64,000 nucleotides of DNA from Trichosphaerium sp. ATCC 40318. Taxonomy: Eukaryota; Protista; Tubulinea. Positions 39,029 to 54,178 of this stretch are shown piece after piece. The stretch spans positions 1 through 64,000 of the forward strand of contig JALMLS010000091.1 of NCBI GenBank assembly GCA_038496445.1, given 5' to 3'. Position numbers and translations under genes: made by a program. Under the pieces are notes generated by a model that saw only the letters and a list, made by a program, of their open reading frames with translations, ran no database searches and was not told the DNA's origin. The number at the start of each line of letters is the position of its first letter. Position 1 is the first letter of the stretch.

Positions 39029-40974
39029 TCAGACGTTTGATGCAATAAGCTTATTTGCTGAAAGTCTGTTTGCAAATACATTTGCTACAACACCTTCTAA
39101 TATAACGCCTAGAAGTTGAAAAATATAAGTACAAAGGATACTTGCATCTAATAAACAAAAAAAGGTCCATCATAAAATAAAAATGTTTTGTCACGTAAAC
39201 ACCCAAACGCTACGCGTAAAATAGATTTTTGAAGTATTTGTCTCACATCACAAAAAAAAAAGAAGGAAAATCTGAGTGTCGGACATACTTATTTGTTTTG
39301 AATCAATTGCACATGTAGGATGAACAAATATTCTTGCTCCACCTTTAGTATGAGTGCCAAAGGCCATATGTTTCTTTTTAAAAAACCCAAGAGCCTACAA
39401 GACACGTTAACAAGTGAATACTCCATAAAAATGAAACACAGTTGAAATAATCGTTATTGTAATCGTAACGCTCTCAATAGTAGCGGAAAATGATCGAGTA
39501 CCTCAGAGTAACTACTACCAGTGTATTCAGGGTATGTTTTACGTAATGTATCACCAGCTTTAATACGCTTGTTTAACAGATCAATTTTGTTTAGAAACAG
39601 CACTACGATAGTTGTGCCACCAAACGTATCTCCTGTTACGAGCTATTAAAAGAATAAACGTCAGTAGTCTGTCAACTTTTTTTTGAACAAAAAAATCAAA
39701 ACGTTTTTCTCGCTTACCTGTTTCCAAACATCGATAGATTCCTCTAGTTTAGTTTGCCCAGGTGTGTCAGATTGCACATCCCAGCAATCAATAGCAGAAA
39801 CGTAAATGGTAGCACGAACAGCACTAAAACAAGAAAAGTTAGTGTTTTGAGACAGAGCACGTAAAAAATGTCCTAAAACGCACTCTGTAAAACAGTTTAT
39901 CCATTTCCTACGTTCACTTCTTTGACCACCAACGTCTATGACGTTCCATGTAAACCTAAATATACCAATAAGATAATGGTGAGGAGATAAAGCGCCAAAA
40001 TAGCCAAGAAAAAGAGTAAAAAGAGTAAAACGTTTCGAAAGTTGCAGTTTGGCGCAAAATATTTACCTATCCATTTTAAACCCGGTCTCATCAACTCCAG
40101 TAGATACAATGCCAGTAGTACGTTGTCTAGCAAGCAGCATATCTTGTGTTGAAGGAATCCAATCCTTATTTATGTCAAGACCTAGCCAGTGCTCTAATGT
40201 GAGCACGGTACTATCTCTATCAATTTTACATATCTGGTATGCAGCTTTAAACCCTTGTTTTTGTGTTAATCCAATTTTAAGCACAAAAGTCTTCAAATAG
40301 CCTTACCAACGTCAGAAAATATCTGTTTACATGCTCTAATCCTCTCATAAGCTCCTTCTTCGTCATCAAACATACCAAAAGCGTTTGTGCTTGTGATTAA
40401 ATCTCTTAGGTGTTTATTTTTCCTCTTCGTTTTAAGTCCTCTCTCTGTTGCCTTTGTTAACACTAGTTGCGTTGCGGCTATAATATTGCTGCAAATAATA
40501 TTTTTGGTTGTTTTTCTGTCATTGTCTGTGAATCCTCCTGCAAAGCGTAGGCGCATCTGTTTAACTAATATGTAGTCAGATTTAAAAGTTATTACGGAGT
40601 TGAGTTTTTTAAACTGAATCAGAATTACCGCTTGTGGTGTTTAGTTAAAAAAAGAACGATTTGGCTACTAGTTGCACTAACACACTTTTTTAGGAAGACT
40701 GTGAGCGCAAATTCGTCAAATAGCCGCAAAACTTGTCGTTAGCGTAATAAACGCTCTTGGATGCATTATGATGAGAAAAAGTAGTTTTGGGTTGAGCGTT
40801 GTGGTTTCTAAATTGAAAACAAAAAGCAAACGTACCAACAGTAGATTTACCACCAGAGCTTGTTCCAAGCATTAGAACATTTATTGTTTGAGCTCTTAAC
40901 TTCTTTGTTGCGCGAAGCTCCTCGCTAATTTCAACATGACGTGAATTCCGCTTACCAGATCCCAGAGTGCACAT
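39029..40974 (-). CDS. Heterotrimeric G-protein alpha subunit, multi-exon
   Basis: LMLGTSSGGKST, LARQRTTGI, DVGGQRSERRKWINCF, LFLNKIDL and TCAIDS. Confidence 0.93.
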
Positions 40975-41563
40975 GCTGCTTATTGGTCTAAGATTAGAAA
41001 ATTATAATACAGAGTTTGACTGCTTTGGTCAATTTGAGTTTTCTACAACTAGTTTTTCTTTCTAACCAAGTGCGTACGTTATATTGGTAGACGTTAAACA
41101 TGCATAAAGCAAAGACTGCCAAAAAGGGAAATAAATGTACGAACCACACGTTCACAAGTTCCTATTATCTTGAATTGGGTTACTTTTTAACGTTGCATTA
41201 AAGGTGCGCTGCTTTACAGGACAGTTTTGTCTGTTATGCAAGTGAAGATATCCGGAAAAACCAAAACAGTATTTAATGCAGGTGAACTACCTCTTTTCTT
41301 GATATCTCGCCTAAAGCACGTACTAGCTCAAGGAATGTATAGGAGCTACGTTATTACTGTTATATTCAACTTACACCAAAACGATATAAACACACAGTGG
41401 GTGGGCGCGAAGTGGCTATTGTCACTCATTTTTGAATTCTATTTCTAGCTTTTGTGTACCACTCTATTAAGAGTATTTTTACCCGAAAACACAAAAATGT
41501 TAACTTGATTTCTTTTTATGGCCTGACAAGGCGAAAAAATTGTCAGGTTTTTTTTTTGGTTTA

Positions 41564-44500
41564 TTATTTCTTTACAGCAGAGCTGTAGTGATATTGTACA
41601 TTACTTGAACTATTACGACGAAGTTCATGTATAGGTGGAGTCGTATGTAAGTATTTTTTAATACTTGCTTTCAAGTCCGATAGTCTCACAGGTTTACAAA
41701 GAAAGTCGTTCATACCTAAAGGTGATGTGAGTAAGAAAAAAACAAGAAAAAGTTATTATAAGTTACCAAAATTTTTTTGGTTTTCTTTTTGATTCACAAG
41801 GTACGTACCAGCTTTCAATGCAATTTTACGCTGCTCTACTACTGCATGTGCTGAAATAGCAATAATAGGTGTGCGAATACCTGCATCTCGCATCTTTTGC
41901 GTTGTTTCTATGCCGTTCAGTATAGGCATTGAAATATCCATTAATATTAAATCAAACGATTCTAAAAAAAAGAGGTAAATTCAGGGTTTCCAACAAAACC
42001 AGTACAGCAATGCCACATACCTCGATAAACAATATCAAGAGCTTGTTTACCATTCATAGCGAATGTAACACCTTTTATACATGAGATACCCCGTAGCATA
42101 CGCTTGAGTATAGTTTGATTCACAATATTGTCCTGTAAAAGAGAAAATCAACAACTTGAGTTTTAGTAGCAAATAATAAAAAAGTCTGCTCATGACATAC
42201 CTCTGCTACAAGGACTCTATACTGACCAGGTTTATGTGGAGGCTTACTTACTTTGGCACTCCGAGCTCTACCTAAGAAAACATAGATGAGTAATTGCTCA
42301 ACAAAGTGCAATGTAAAACTTGACAGTCGAAAGAAAGAAACTATGTATTGTGACGTACTCAGGCCAACTATTGTATGTGGAGCCCCTGGACCACTAAATG
42401 ATCTTATTGGTTTAGGCCCTTCAGGCACCATCATTGTGTGCTCTACACGTCCAGTCAATTTAGTCAATTTATTCAATTTATTCGGTTTATTCAATTTTTT
42501 CACTAAAAGACGAATAAAGACAAAGAATGGATTGAAAGAATTTGATCCAAAGAAAGAATAATTAATATTTACGTACCTGATGCTGCCTTTCTCAGTTTTC
42601 GTTTAGAAAACTGACTAGTAACTAGATGCTCTTTATATGGTAAGAATGCATAAAAAGTGCAACCCTTTTGAGCTCCAGCACTAAAAACCTTTGAGTTAGA
42701 ACCAAAAAAAAAAACCAAGAAACTTTCGAGAAACAACAAGAAAAATCAACATACCTGTATAAATATAGACTACCTCCCATCGCCTCACAAAGACGCCTTA
42801 CAATAGTCAATCCTAACCCCGTACCTCCGTATTCTCTAGGGGTTGACATTTGGGCCTGTAGTTGTATTAGTCAGATATTAAAGTATTTATGACGTGTGGC
42901 CGTTCTTACCTGTACAAATGGTTTGAATACATCCGCTTGGCTCTCTTTTGAAATACCGATACCTAAGTCACGCACATGAAAGCGCATGTATAGTTTAACG
43001 CCCTTTTTAAGGTACTTTTTGATTTTCTTCGGAGATATTTCTGGAAGATTTGGTAATGCCTCGTTAAGGATATGATCATCACCAGGTGTATTACGAACAA
43101 TGGAAGCACCAATGGTGACATAATCACCATCATTTGAGAACTTTATGGCGTTTGACAAAAGGTTGATCAAAATTTGTTTAATACGATATCGATCGCCCTA
43201 GGTTACGTATATTGTTAGTAATTACTCTGTAGTACATACCAAACAAAATGGGAACATTGTAGATTGATCTTACCTTGAAATAGTGAGGTGCGCTTGACGG
43301 TACGCTTTTTTGTAGATTAATATTCATCTTTAACGCTTGTGGCGCTACAACACCACATACATTCGATAGGATACTATAGATATGTACAGTCCCTTCTTCT
43401 ATTCTTATATTACCAGCTTCTATCTTGCTTACATCAAGTATATTGTTGATAATATGCTAAAGCAACAAACCAAAGAGTAAGTAATCACTTGTCTTTGTAA
43501 GGAAAGTCAAGAAAAAAAAACAAATAAAAAACGCACGAGTAGACTTTGTGAGCAGTTAAGTACGATTGATATGAACTTATCCATATCACTCGATACAAGT
43601 GATGTATCTTGCATAATGTCTATAGCACCAATAATACCAAATAACGGCGTTCTGTAACAAAAAAAGTCAACAAAAAAAAATATGGTAACAAGAAGCCGTT
43701 TTTGGCTGTTATGCCTGTTTACGTGTACCAAAAATGTTGTATTAGTTTACGCACCTTATCTCATGACTCATCTTACATAGAAAGTCCGTTTTATGCTGAT
43801 TTGCAAGCTTGAGTTCTCCCATCAGTTTTTTTTGTAGAGTTTGAAAAATTATGTTTAGAAAGACAGTAAACACTAGAGTCTCCCATATCATTATTGATAG
43901 TTCACTACTTCAGGATTAAGAAATAAAGCGCTAACAAGTTCGTAAAACTTACGGTGATGTATCAACACCCACTCTACGCAACTGGTATGTGCATAAGAAC
44001 CCAGCTAAAGTGCCAATAGAAGAAACTACAACTGGTATATTTTCGTTCGGAAACGCTACAACTACGGTTAAAAACACGTACGACGCAATTGGCAAATTAG
44101 GAATTATAATCAACCCGAGCCCGAGTTGTCAGAAAATGGTTTACACTACGTACGTAAAACGCAGCCGGGTAGTTGCCAAAACACGACAGAGTGCAATAAC
44201 CAAGTGTTTGAACTCCCAATGATGATGGTTCGTGCTAGGGAGTTCGCCCAATAAAGGAAAACTAAGAAAATGCCTATTTGCAAGTCAGGTTGTTGCGTTA
44301 TGAGTTTATAGTTATCATACCAGATGTTCGCGTATTTATTTTAGCGTGTTCTATTATGATCGACACTGTTGAAGCAAGAATAAGTTCCAGTGCATCTAAT
44401 CCAATTGACAGATACGTCTCACTTCTGTACAGTGCATAAACGAACTTGAGAACGACAAATAGAAGCCAACATCGACTTATACTTGATTGGGCCCAAAGAT

Positions 44501-44809
44501 ATCTGGACCTAGACTCCACATGAGGAAATCATCAAGAGCATAATAAAAACAGTTTTCCGTGGCGCGTTTTTCAGTACAAACAGAAAAAATGTGCTTGCAA
44601 AAAAAAACGCATGCTGCGTGTGCCCGGAAATGAATAGACGGATAGTGCAACTAGAATCCAGTAGCGCAGGAGTACGTTGAAGACAAAGGGAGTTGTGGAG
44701 TTACGCACTCTGTTGAAGAGCTCTTTGTTTCTGCACTTGATCGAGACGTATTACTTTTAGTTTCTATCGTGTACACGCTTTTTCGAAAGCCCGTTTGCCT
44801 CTTTGACAT
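41564..44809 (-). CDS. Membrane-bound hybrid histidine kinase (TM-HisKA-HATPase-REC), multi-exon
   Basis: [53 protein letters not shown] and KPV. Confidence 0.92.
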
Positions 44810-45339
44810 TTCACGTTACTGTACTCTCCGTGGGCTACACCATACAACGATTGTTTGAGTACTGGCCAAACGGAGTTAGAGGCTAGGCCTGCGGTGTTTA
44901 ACTTTAGAAATAGAATGACTCGGTGTTTTTGAAAAACTCCATCTAGACTTACGATAGGAGGCTTTGCTATATTACTTCACAAGCACTACTATGGAGTAAC
45001 AACCCAATTGACCTTGCAATTACTGAAAACTACTAAAAAACTCCCTGTTTGTATAAAAAGCTACAGGCGGCATTAAAGGTATATTCACGCGACTTGTAGT
45101 GCGGTAACTCTTTCTGTTTTAAGTGAAATTTGCGTTTGCGTGTCAATGTGATCATACTCACTCTTGTACAACGCCTACGGGTTCGGAAAAGTCCTGTGTA
45201 GTGCGCAACATTTCAAACTCAGTATGTGGCTCATTTAATCCTGAACAGACAGGTACACCATTAAAAATACGTCCTGATAATGCGTTTACATACCTGATGG
45301 TACAATCGATGCTAAGGAGAAGTTGTCATGATGTAAAGC

Positions 45340-46337
45340 TTGTTTAAAGACTAATTTGAAACTTTTTGACGTAATGATGTCGCCAACCTACACAAAAAAG
45401 GAGTTAATCTCCTTACATTCCTATTGTGGAGAGAAGCGAACTAACCATAGCGCACAACAGCGCTATAAAAGCCAGTGTGCGCTTATATAGTGTTTTTCCG
45501 TGATAGTATTTGTATGCTGTAACGCAATCAATCCATATGTCTTTAAACGCGTTTGTGAGAATAGGTATTGTTTCCGTCGAGTCGCCTAAAATAGATTACA
45601 AGTCACTTTTTCTATTTTCAAAAAGTGCCAAGTGTCAATCAACGTACTACTCTTGTAAGATACTCGAATCAGGTTACCATGTTCTATTGCACGTCCAGTA
45701 ATGTTGTGATTGATAATACGGCTTTGAAGTAAAGAAAACAGCGTCGGCAGAGGTTCTATACCTAAACGTCAAATCCAAAGTAATTTTTCCCCACTACCAA
45801 ATCGGTAAGTTTAAAAGTGACGCCAAGCTATCACGTGCGGAAACTTGTGGCTGCAAATAAGTACCTCTTTACTGCTAAACGCTACTGTCGCTGTTGATTC
45901 ATAAACACCGAGATCGTTGCCACTAGCAACACAATTTGTAATTCGAAAATTAAAATTGTTCATAAAATCGGCTGTAACAAGCTCTTCTCCAAGTACTTTC
46001 TTCCACTGGAAAGTTTGACACCAATCTTTAAGGTTTGGCTTCCATATATCACTTTCTATGTATGAATATGCTTGTTTATCTACTAACCATGTTGCCAGGC
46101 GTGTCAAGCCTAAATTAAAAAATAAAATTGGTAACAAAAAACGCGTGGACTTTAGATACCTTCTCTCTTTGTGAAGTCTGTCTCCTTGCATGTCACTGAC
46201 GCAATATTAAAACCAACGAAGCAATCCTTTACAATCTCTCTTGCGGCGCCACATGTCTGCGAAAATGATGCACGTGATGACCACGGCGTACACTGTAGTA
46301 TACAGGTCCAAACTTCCAACGGTAGAAGTGTCAACAT
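45340..46337 (-). CDS. F-box-like protein, multi-exon
   Basis: MLTLLPLEVWTCILQCTPWSSRASFSQTC. 3' extent uncertain. Confidence 0.5.
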
Positions 46338-47081
46338 TAAGCACGGAAATGTCAGCTTTTAACGACTTATGTGAAACGTTTTAGACTCCCGTGTATTTTA
46401 TAATATGCCCTATACACGCTCGTTGTCTAACAGCGATTATAATAGCGTCTGTACACCAGCCATTTTTCCCGCCTAATTTGAGTTAAGTTCGTATACCTTT
46501 CTAACTTCTTTATCAACGCAATAACTCAGCAACGTATGTATTATTTTCTACATTTATTGGCGTTAGAGCAGTTTTACGCATTTTCAAGCATTAATAGTTT
46601 TTAGTGCGTTAAAAAACGTAACAATGGCTGATGACCGTTCGTACTATGCAAGAGGGGCACGTTTACGAGTAATTTTAATGTATTTTGTCTGTAGCGCATG
46701 TATATAATCTGATAAGGAGTCCTAGCCTTTGAAAGTGCTCCTGCTTGCAGGTTGTATTTTACTGGCAAATAAACCAGGTGGTTAGGCTTACAGTTGATGA
46801 GGATTATGCACACACAAGTTTTGGACATTCCCGAGTAGAGGCTTGGAGGTAAGCTCGCAATTACCCCTTGCGAGCGTGTGACTGCTTTAGTCTTCGCAAG
46901 GAGGCTATTTACGCTTATGCGGCATCAACACTTTAAACCAACTCCCTCATCTCACGTCCTAAACCGACGTTATTCGTAGGGCCCACGAATAACGTCGGGA
47001 TGAGTGTGGTGTCTAACAAGACTATTTTACAACTGAATTGCGAACGTGCTTTTAGAGTGTTAACACTCTTTTTAGGAGCCA

Positions 47082-47321
47082 ATGCTAGACTTATTGCAAG
47101 AAGCTGATGATGAAATAAAGAAACTAAAGGCAGAACTTGCAAAATCACGCACAGAAAACAACACACTTAAACGGAAACTCACAGTACTTAAAACACATGA
47201 TAAAAAGTGGAAGAAACGAGCTAAGACGCTTTTCAATGAGAAAAAAGCTGTACAGGAAGCAAGGAAAGCTCTTGATGATTATCTAGTTTGTGATTCAGAT
47301 AGTGAAGAATGGTCCGAGTAA
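47082..47321 (+). CDS. Small coiled-coil protein (probably the last exon)
   Basis: Heptad-like charged sequence with an acidic C-terminus. Confidence 0.4.
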   Translation: MLDLLQEADDEIKKLKAELAKSRTENNTLKRKLTVLKTHDKKWKKRAKTLFNEKKAVQEARKALDDYLVCDSDSEEWSE

Positions 47322-47874
47322 ACAAATAATTTTTTCTGTCTTGTAACATAAAATAAAATGTAAAATAGTTAATTAACGAACAGTGCACTTATGTAATAGA
47401 AAGACTTTTGAAAATCGAGTAGATAACCGAGCAGTTACAGTCAGGGAATCGACTCGGATTTGTGGAGACTTTTTTTTACTCGTAATCTCAACTTTCAGCA
47501 GAACATTGTGGTTCACTATCAAACTTATATCTTCATAAGAGGCTTGAGTATCGTGTTGATAATTGAAAGAGTGCATAGCGAAAAATATTGGATACGTGTA
47601 GCTGATAGGATCTATAGAAATGTGCCAAAAATTGAGATTAGAGGTAATACCATTTTATCAGCAACTTTTTTGATTCACTGGTAGAATACACATTGGAAAT
47701 CGTCACAAACTGGACTTATTTTGTTTTGCACGTGACATTTTAAATCTCACTTTAACACGTAATGTTGCCCATGAAAATCTTTGTAGGTTGATTATATTAT
47801 TTTACAGCAACAGTTTTATGTAAGAAAACACAGAAAAATTTTTCTCACTTTCTTTGGTTTTCGCTTCTTTGTTA

Positions 47875-50303
47875 TTACTTGTCAATAAATGAGACTAATT
47901 TTTCAACCAAGCGAGTAACAAGCCGGTTTGATTTGAATGATTTACCACCCGTGTAGATATTTTTAAAGTGGCGTGTAGCTGCACTGTAAATAGTCCCAAA
48001 AAATAGAGCAAATGCTGTACAACTCATTGTAATTACGTTGTATGGCATACCTAACGCCGTTAGCATTAACCAAACCAAGTTATAAAAAAACCCTGACGGT
48101 AGTGTTTTAATTGGTTATAGGCTTGAAACACCGCACTCAAAGGACTGGCACAGGTAGTGGCGCAATTTTTTTTTGTAGAATGAGTTTCACAGCAACGTAC
48201 TGAAATCTGGGTTAGGCAATGAGACTGTCAAGCCATCTGTATACATTCTTCTAGAAATAATATGCTGTGTAGTTCGCTTGTAAAGCAAAGGAGACCATTC
48301 GTCATCTAAAAACGCATCCTGTTGCGAAGAAGCTTTCTGCTTTACTACAATCATAGCTGGTGGTAAATCAAATCCTCTAATTACGAGTCAAAATCAACTA
48401 CGCGAGTAAAAGTTAGACTACTTGCCTGTGGGAATCTGGAGGAAACTCTGTCCAATGCATAAAAGCTCTATCAAAGGATATACGGATACTCAGCGTAGAG
48501 TGTGCCGGCAAGGTGAACGAAAATTCGAAGATAGTTGGTTTCTTACGATCTTCACTTGGTTCTAAGCGCACAGAGGATAGAATAGACTTTACAAGAAGGA
48601 GTATAAGTAGTGAGAACGCCACTCAAACAAAATAGTTTCTTGCATCTACGTACCTTCATTTCAGGGACATGTGTACCATTCACGAATGTTTTCATTGTGT
48701 GGAAGTAAAATTTAACAAACCAAGGCACGTAGTTAAAGAAATCCACGTCAACAGCATTATTTCCCCTAGCAAACTGAATGAGAATTAAAAAACAGCCAAA
48801 AAAGGTCTGTTTATAAACAGCACAGTTTCCAAAAAAATTCCTGTTGTGCGTTTTCTTTGTACCTGTTCAAAAAATCTATCGCAAATCCACCAGATTGCTG
48901 TCCGTGACCAGTTAAGTGTCTTCTTACAGTGAATAAAGGCTTTGCTGTATCAATACGATCTTTAACTTTAAATGACAAGGAGAGAGGCTTTTCTCTCTTC
49001 GTCAAGTCAAAAGCTACAAGATCACCTCGTTGCTCTGGGTTTGCTGTAGCACTTATCTCAATTTTATCACCTTTGTGTTCATAATTAGCTAAAAAGCTAA
49101 CTATACATTTAACCGTACTAGGATGAGCAATGTAAATCATTGAATTTGTAGCGAGAGGGCAAGGCTTAACCGATTTCGCGTTCAATAAATCTTTAAGCGA
49201 AATACTATTTTTCTTCGTTTTTGGTGTTGCCAAGATCAATGTAAGTGTTTGTACAAGTTCTAGAGATACTTTTTTGCAATCCTAAATGAAGAATAAGAGT
49301 GTTATAGATTGACGATAAAGGTTTGTTGGTAACTGGGTTTTACCTCATCTGAGCACGTAGGACGAAAGTGTAATCCCATGGAATGATACTTTGCATTGTA
49401 GAGCTTCTTAGGAGGACTCATTAAGGCAGCTAAGCCGCCTTGAGATCGGCAAGGAAGCAATTTTAGCCATGGAGAAATATTCTCTATGCAAACAGCTTCA
49501 CCAGGTAATAAACCATGTTTGAATTGCGCATGAGTCACTAGAAACAATCATAGAGTTAGATATTCACTTATCAGCAAACATAAAGAAAACAAAGATGTCG
49601 TACTTCCTTGGTACATGTTGCTCCTTCCAGTGTGAGAATACGCTGTGTAAGGTACCGCTATTGTGGTATTTTGCAACGCTGATAATGATGTGCAAAATAA
49701 CCCACCAAGTGACTATTTGATCTTGAGCGTTATGAATATCCAGATTAACTACTGCGTACTTGTGTTAATGTTGCCCATTTATCATCTAGAGTCTTCGTAT
49801 TGTCATTTGTAAACCAAGCAGCAAGTTCAGCGCCTACGTGTCAAAATGATTTAGTTTTGTTATGACAAGTACTTGAACAGGTACTATCATATTCTATTTA
49901 CGGTGTATGTACCTGCTGGCGCTGGAAAAGGTGGATTACCCCAACTAATTTAAAAATCAATTTATTTAACTAACAATCGCCACGCACCGATCATACATCC
50001 ATCGTCCTTGCGTCATAGTCAAATGTAACTCCTGCAATCCGAATTCGTTCAAAATTGTCCCTGCGGCCTTTGGAAACAACGTATAGTGTTTAACTAGCAT
50101 CAATAAGTATATAGCGCGTATATAAGTGTTTTATCAGTACAAAGAGTATCTGCCTTGTCTTGTGGGCTCCACTGTACAGTAAACTGAAAGTGAGCCATCA
50201 CATCACCATGTTTCAAGGGTTTTAGGAGGAGTTCCTCTGAGAAAACCTCGCTGCATAGTACAAATGCAATCAAGTAAGCGAAAACAACGGCTAGTAGGCG
50301 CAT
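47875..50303 (-). CDS. PIGT: GPI transamidase component PIG-T/Gpi16, multi-exon
   Basis: EELLLKPLKHGDVMAHFQF, LPGEAVCIENISPWLKLLPCRSQGGLA, FPPDSHRGFDLP and PDFSMPYNVI. Confidence 0.92.
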
Positions 50304-50565
50304 TTGGTATCCTTGGAGAAACTATTTAAATTTGCGCTTAACTCTAGTTGTTTATTGTATCCAACGTTCAAAAACAGTTTTCCAACGCTCGGTAATCACG
50401 TGGTTCAGTTGATTAACCACTACTGCCGAAACAATCTTTCTTAGCCCAAAAAAAAGGTCAAACTACTTAACTTAAAAACTACAAGTCGTGTTTATTTTAC
50501 ATTAATAACTGTCACCTGTTATCCTAGCAGCTACAAGGTGCCGACGCATTCACATAGTGTTTTTT

Positions 50566-53045
50566 ATGCAATCCAAAACTCTCCTCATTGCAACTGCGTT
50601 ATTGGCGTGCTTATGCGGCGTCATAGCGAATGGTACACGCTTTTATAGCTTGTAATGTTTAAACTCGGATTAGTTCGCTTCAACTCCCTCCCATCAGGTG
50701 ATTATCCGTGCTGGTTACCTCGCGTTATTAGCGCACAACGCTGTACGCACCGTTTAAAGATTTCATGTGATAACGCTTATTAACTAAACCATCAGATCTA
50801 CAACAGGATACTCCTGTCAACTATGCCACGTATATTGGATCTCATAACTCCTTCTCCTCTGCTTATTATCGCAGAGCCAATCTACCTCAATTTCTTCCTG
50901 AAGGCTATTACAATCAAGAATTCAATATAACTCAACAGCTTAACTGGGGTGCACGTTGGATAGGTACGCAGAAAGAAAAAACAAAACCAGTTAAAAAAAG
51001 TAATTCATGTAACACTTCACTTCAGAGCTCGATTTGCATTACACGGCTCATCCAGATTTTGGAACTGACGATATCCGAATTTGCCACACTGATCCTGATG
51101 TGTACGATATCTGTTATGCTACACCATTTAATCGTACGTCTTGTCACTTAAAGCAGCTTCCATAAATGTCAAAAAAAAAAGAAAAATGCGGTGCTTGCCT
51201 CTTGTTTTCGGATTTGATTTTTTAAGTCTAGAACTCTGTTTATGGATAGATACTTATTCTCTAATTATTTTTCTTTAGAGGATGTATCTATATCTTGCAC
51301 TGCTTATGACTTCATCGATTATGGAGTACAGGGAACTGGATGCCTTCCAGTTGATCCTACCTTTGATGTAATGCTCACTGAGATTAATGATTGGTTGGAT
51401 AATTTTTATGCCACAGAATATGATACTTATGCTGCTGATGAAAGATCACCTGAGGTAACAACCTCTTAGACGAAAGAAGCGCCTATTTTCTTATATTTTT
51501 TTGTAGGTTGTTTTGGTTGAACTTGATACGACAATTTTTGGTCAAGGCCTTGATACTGCAACAGAGTATGTAGCGTTTTGCTTCTTTTTTTTAAATAAAT
51601 TGTTTCGCCTCTTTCTCTTTTGCTAACAACTCTCAAAAGGAATCGAATTCGAAATGACATTTTTGCAACGATTGCTAACCATCCTATCATGTCAAAGGTG
51701 CTCCTCTATTTTAATTATTACCTACATCAAGGCTATTCTAATCCTTTTTTTTTTGTAGACCTTCAATAGATCAAGTATTGTTGATCCTTCTGCACGCCCA
51801 GTAATATGGCCTACGCCTAACGAGATGCAAGCAATTGGTAAATCTGTAGTATTTATCACTACTATCAATGGACCAATATCTGAGTACGTAACAGTAATAG
51901 CACTGGTATTTGCTTACTTTGTTTTAAACTAGTATTTCCTTCAACCCAATTTCAACTGCCCAAATCGCAAGCATTGACACTAATGTTGCCAACCATGGGA
52001 GAGGAGTTCCTAGGAATTTGAATTTCGATGATGACGGCACTTGTACTCACAACGGTGTGGCTGTAGTGAACGGAGATGTTGGTGGGTTTTGCAAAAATAA
52101 TTTACAAAAAATTTAGCTTAATTTTTTTCTTCTAGCTACTTCCTTCAGAGAAGATCTTATTGAGTGGTTTATTGGACCTATTGCTATCCTTGATAACAAA
52201 GTTGATACAGGAATTTTTCTACCTAACACAACACAAGCCTGTGTACGTAGTAAGGCACCTGTATTTATCATCTCACCTTATGTAGTACCGCTGTGGTATA
52301 ATCCCTAAATTCGATCGTATTACAGCAATTAAAATGGCTGAACATTTATCTTGGTCGTTCGAGCAGTTTGAACCGCAACCAGGTTTGAACACCCTTATGA
52401 GGTGGGAAACAGGTCGTTGGTCTACTAGCGCCTGGGCAACAGCTCAAGATGATCCAGAGCTCAGAGCTTGTCGTCAAAACGGAGCATCAAACGGTGGTTG
52501 GCAAATCGCTAATAGTACCGAACTTGGTATGGATTGCCCAGCCGGTCATACATGGGATATCCCACGTAATGCGTTTGACAATAATGCATTATGGCAACTC
52601 GCCAAAAGCTTGAATCATGACGTTGGTCTTAGCGATGAGTTTTCGCAAGCTTTCTGGGGTACTGTTTACAGCATTACTTTGTTACATTAAACTATAGTAT
52701 ACTGACGTGTATTAAGGCACTACTTGTAATGTAATGGTACCACCAACAGATACACCTACAGTAGCACCTACAAACCCTGTTTCGCCACCAACAAATGCAC
52801 CTGTTCAAGTGCAACAAGGTATGTTAAGGCGCATGTTTCCTACCTAGTTTTTTTTTTCATTGCTAACTTGTTATTTTTTTTTTGTAGATTTCTCCTTCGA
52901 TTTCTTTAAGTTTAACTTCCCATGGATTATTTGTTTAATCTTTTTAATCCTCTTCTTGGTTGTATTCTTTGTCTTCCTTTGCTGGCCAAATCCAGCCCAG
53001 AAAAAACTGGAGACGTACGAAATTAAGACACAAAAGGGCCCATAA
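50566..53045 (+). CDS. Secreted, membrane-anchored PLC-like phosphodiesterase (PI-PLC X-like), multi-exon
   Basis: Signal peptide, YIGSHNSFS, NQEFNITQQLNWGARWIELDLH, a Pro/Thr stalk and a C-terminal TM segment. Confidence 0.75.
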
Positions 53046-53410
53046 ATACATAGACTGAAACTAATTTGAGAGGGCGTTAGGCACTCAATAAACATAACTT
53101 ATTGTTGTAAATACTTTTCTATATTTGCATTGCACTCATGTAGTGACACTTCACGCGCCACGAAAGGCTTCTCGAAAAACGCAATACACGTGTGAAAAAT
53201 TCCTCATGAAACTACTTTAACTGAACCGTTCGGGCGTTGTTCTTTTGCAAGTGCACCGCACGTCGGAACATACAACGATTCGTGCACTGAAAGTTGCTGA
53301 CAGTGAAGAAAAACTGTAGAGAAAAAAAAAAGTTTTGTGGAAAAATTTGACTCAAAAAGAATCCAACGACCGCCCCAATTTCTAGACCATTTCGCACATC
53401 AATAGCCATA

Positions 53411-54178
53411 ATGCAAAACCTATCAGAGAGTACGTCCTCTTTTAATACCGAACAAACGCGATTCAGAATAAGTTAAAACAAAAAAAAACATGCTAATAGA
53501 CATGTATTTATCTGTATTCGCCTTCAAATGGCCTCAAATCATCTATAACCGGCGATTTCTACTTTTTTTTCAAATCAGAAGCTTTCAACTTTAATGCTAC
53601 CAAACACACTCAATATACCAATTATTGTTATAAATACGCTCGCAAACAAACATTTACACGCCGATACAAGCGACAAAGCTTTAAACAAAAAGATCTCAGG
53701 AAACTAATTGTACTGTAGTCGAAAAGTCTGAGCTCGCTTGTACACTCGCCTCCCTCGTAATTGAGGATTCTGGCAAAGAAGTCACAGCCGACAGCATCAA
53801 AGCAGCCGCAAAGGTGCGTTGTTAAGATTATTTACGCGTCTAAACTCTCATTCAGGCCGGTGGCGTTGAGGTTCAAGGATTCTGGGCTTCAATTTTCGAA
53901 AAAGCTTTCAAAAAAAAGAGCGTTAGCGAAATGATTGAAGGATTTAGCGCAGGTGGACCAGGTCCTGCTGCTAGTGGTGATGCTGGCGTAAGTATTTTGT
54001 TTTGTAAACTACAAAAAAACAATTTAAACATCGTCTCGATCGATATTAACTTCCTTCTTAGGCCGCTGCCGGTGAAACCGCTGCTGAACCAGAACCAGAA
54101 GAGGAAGAAGAAGAATCTGAAGCAGACCTCGGTGGTGGTGGTTTGTTCGGTGGATCTGACGATGATGATGACTGGTAA
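53411..54178 (+). CDS. RPLP1: 60S acidic ribosomal protein P1, multi-exon
   Basis: ELACTLASLVIEDSGKEVTADSI, GVEVQGFWASIFEKA and EEEEESEADLGGGGLFG. Confidence 0.9.

Noticed and set aside
42455-42503. [12 protein letters not shown] peptide repeat
   Set aside because: Low-complexity sequence that most likely lies in a histidine kinase intron.
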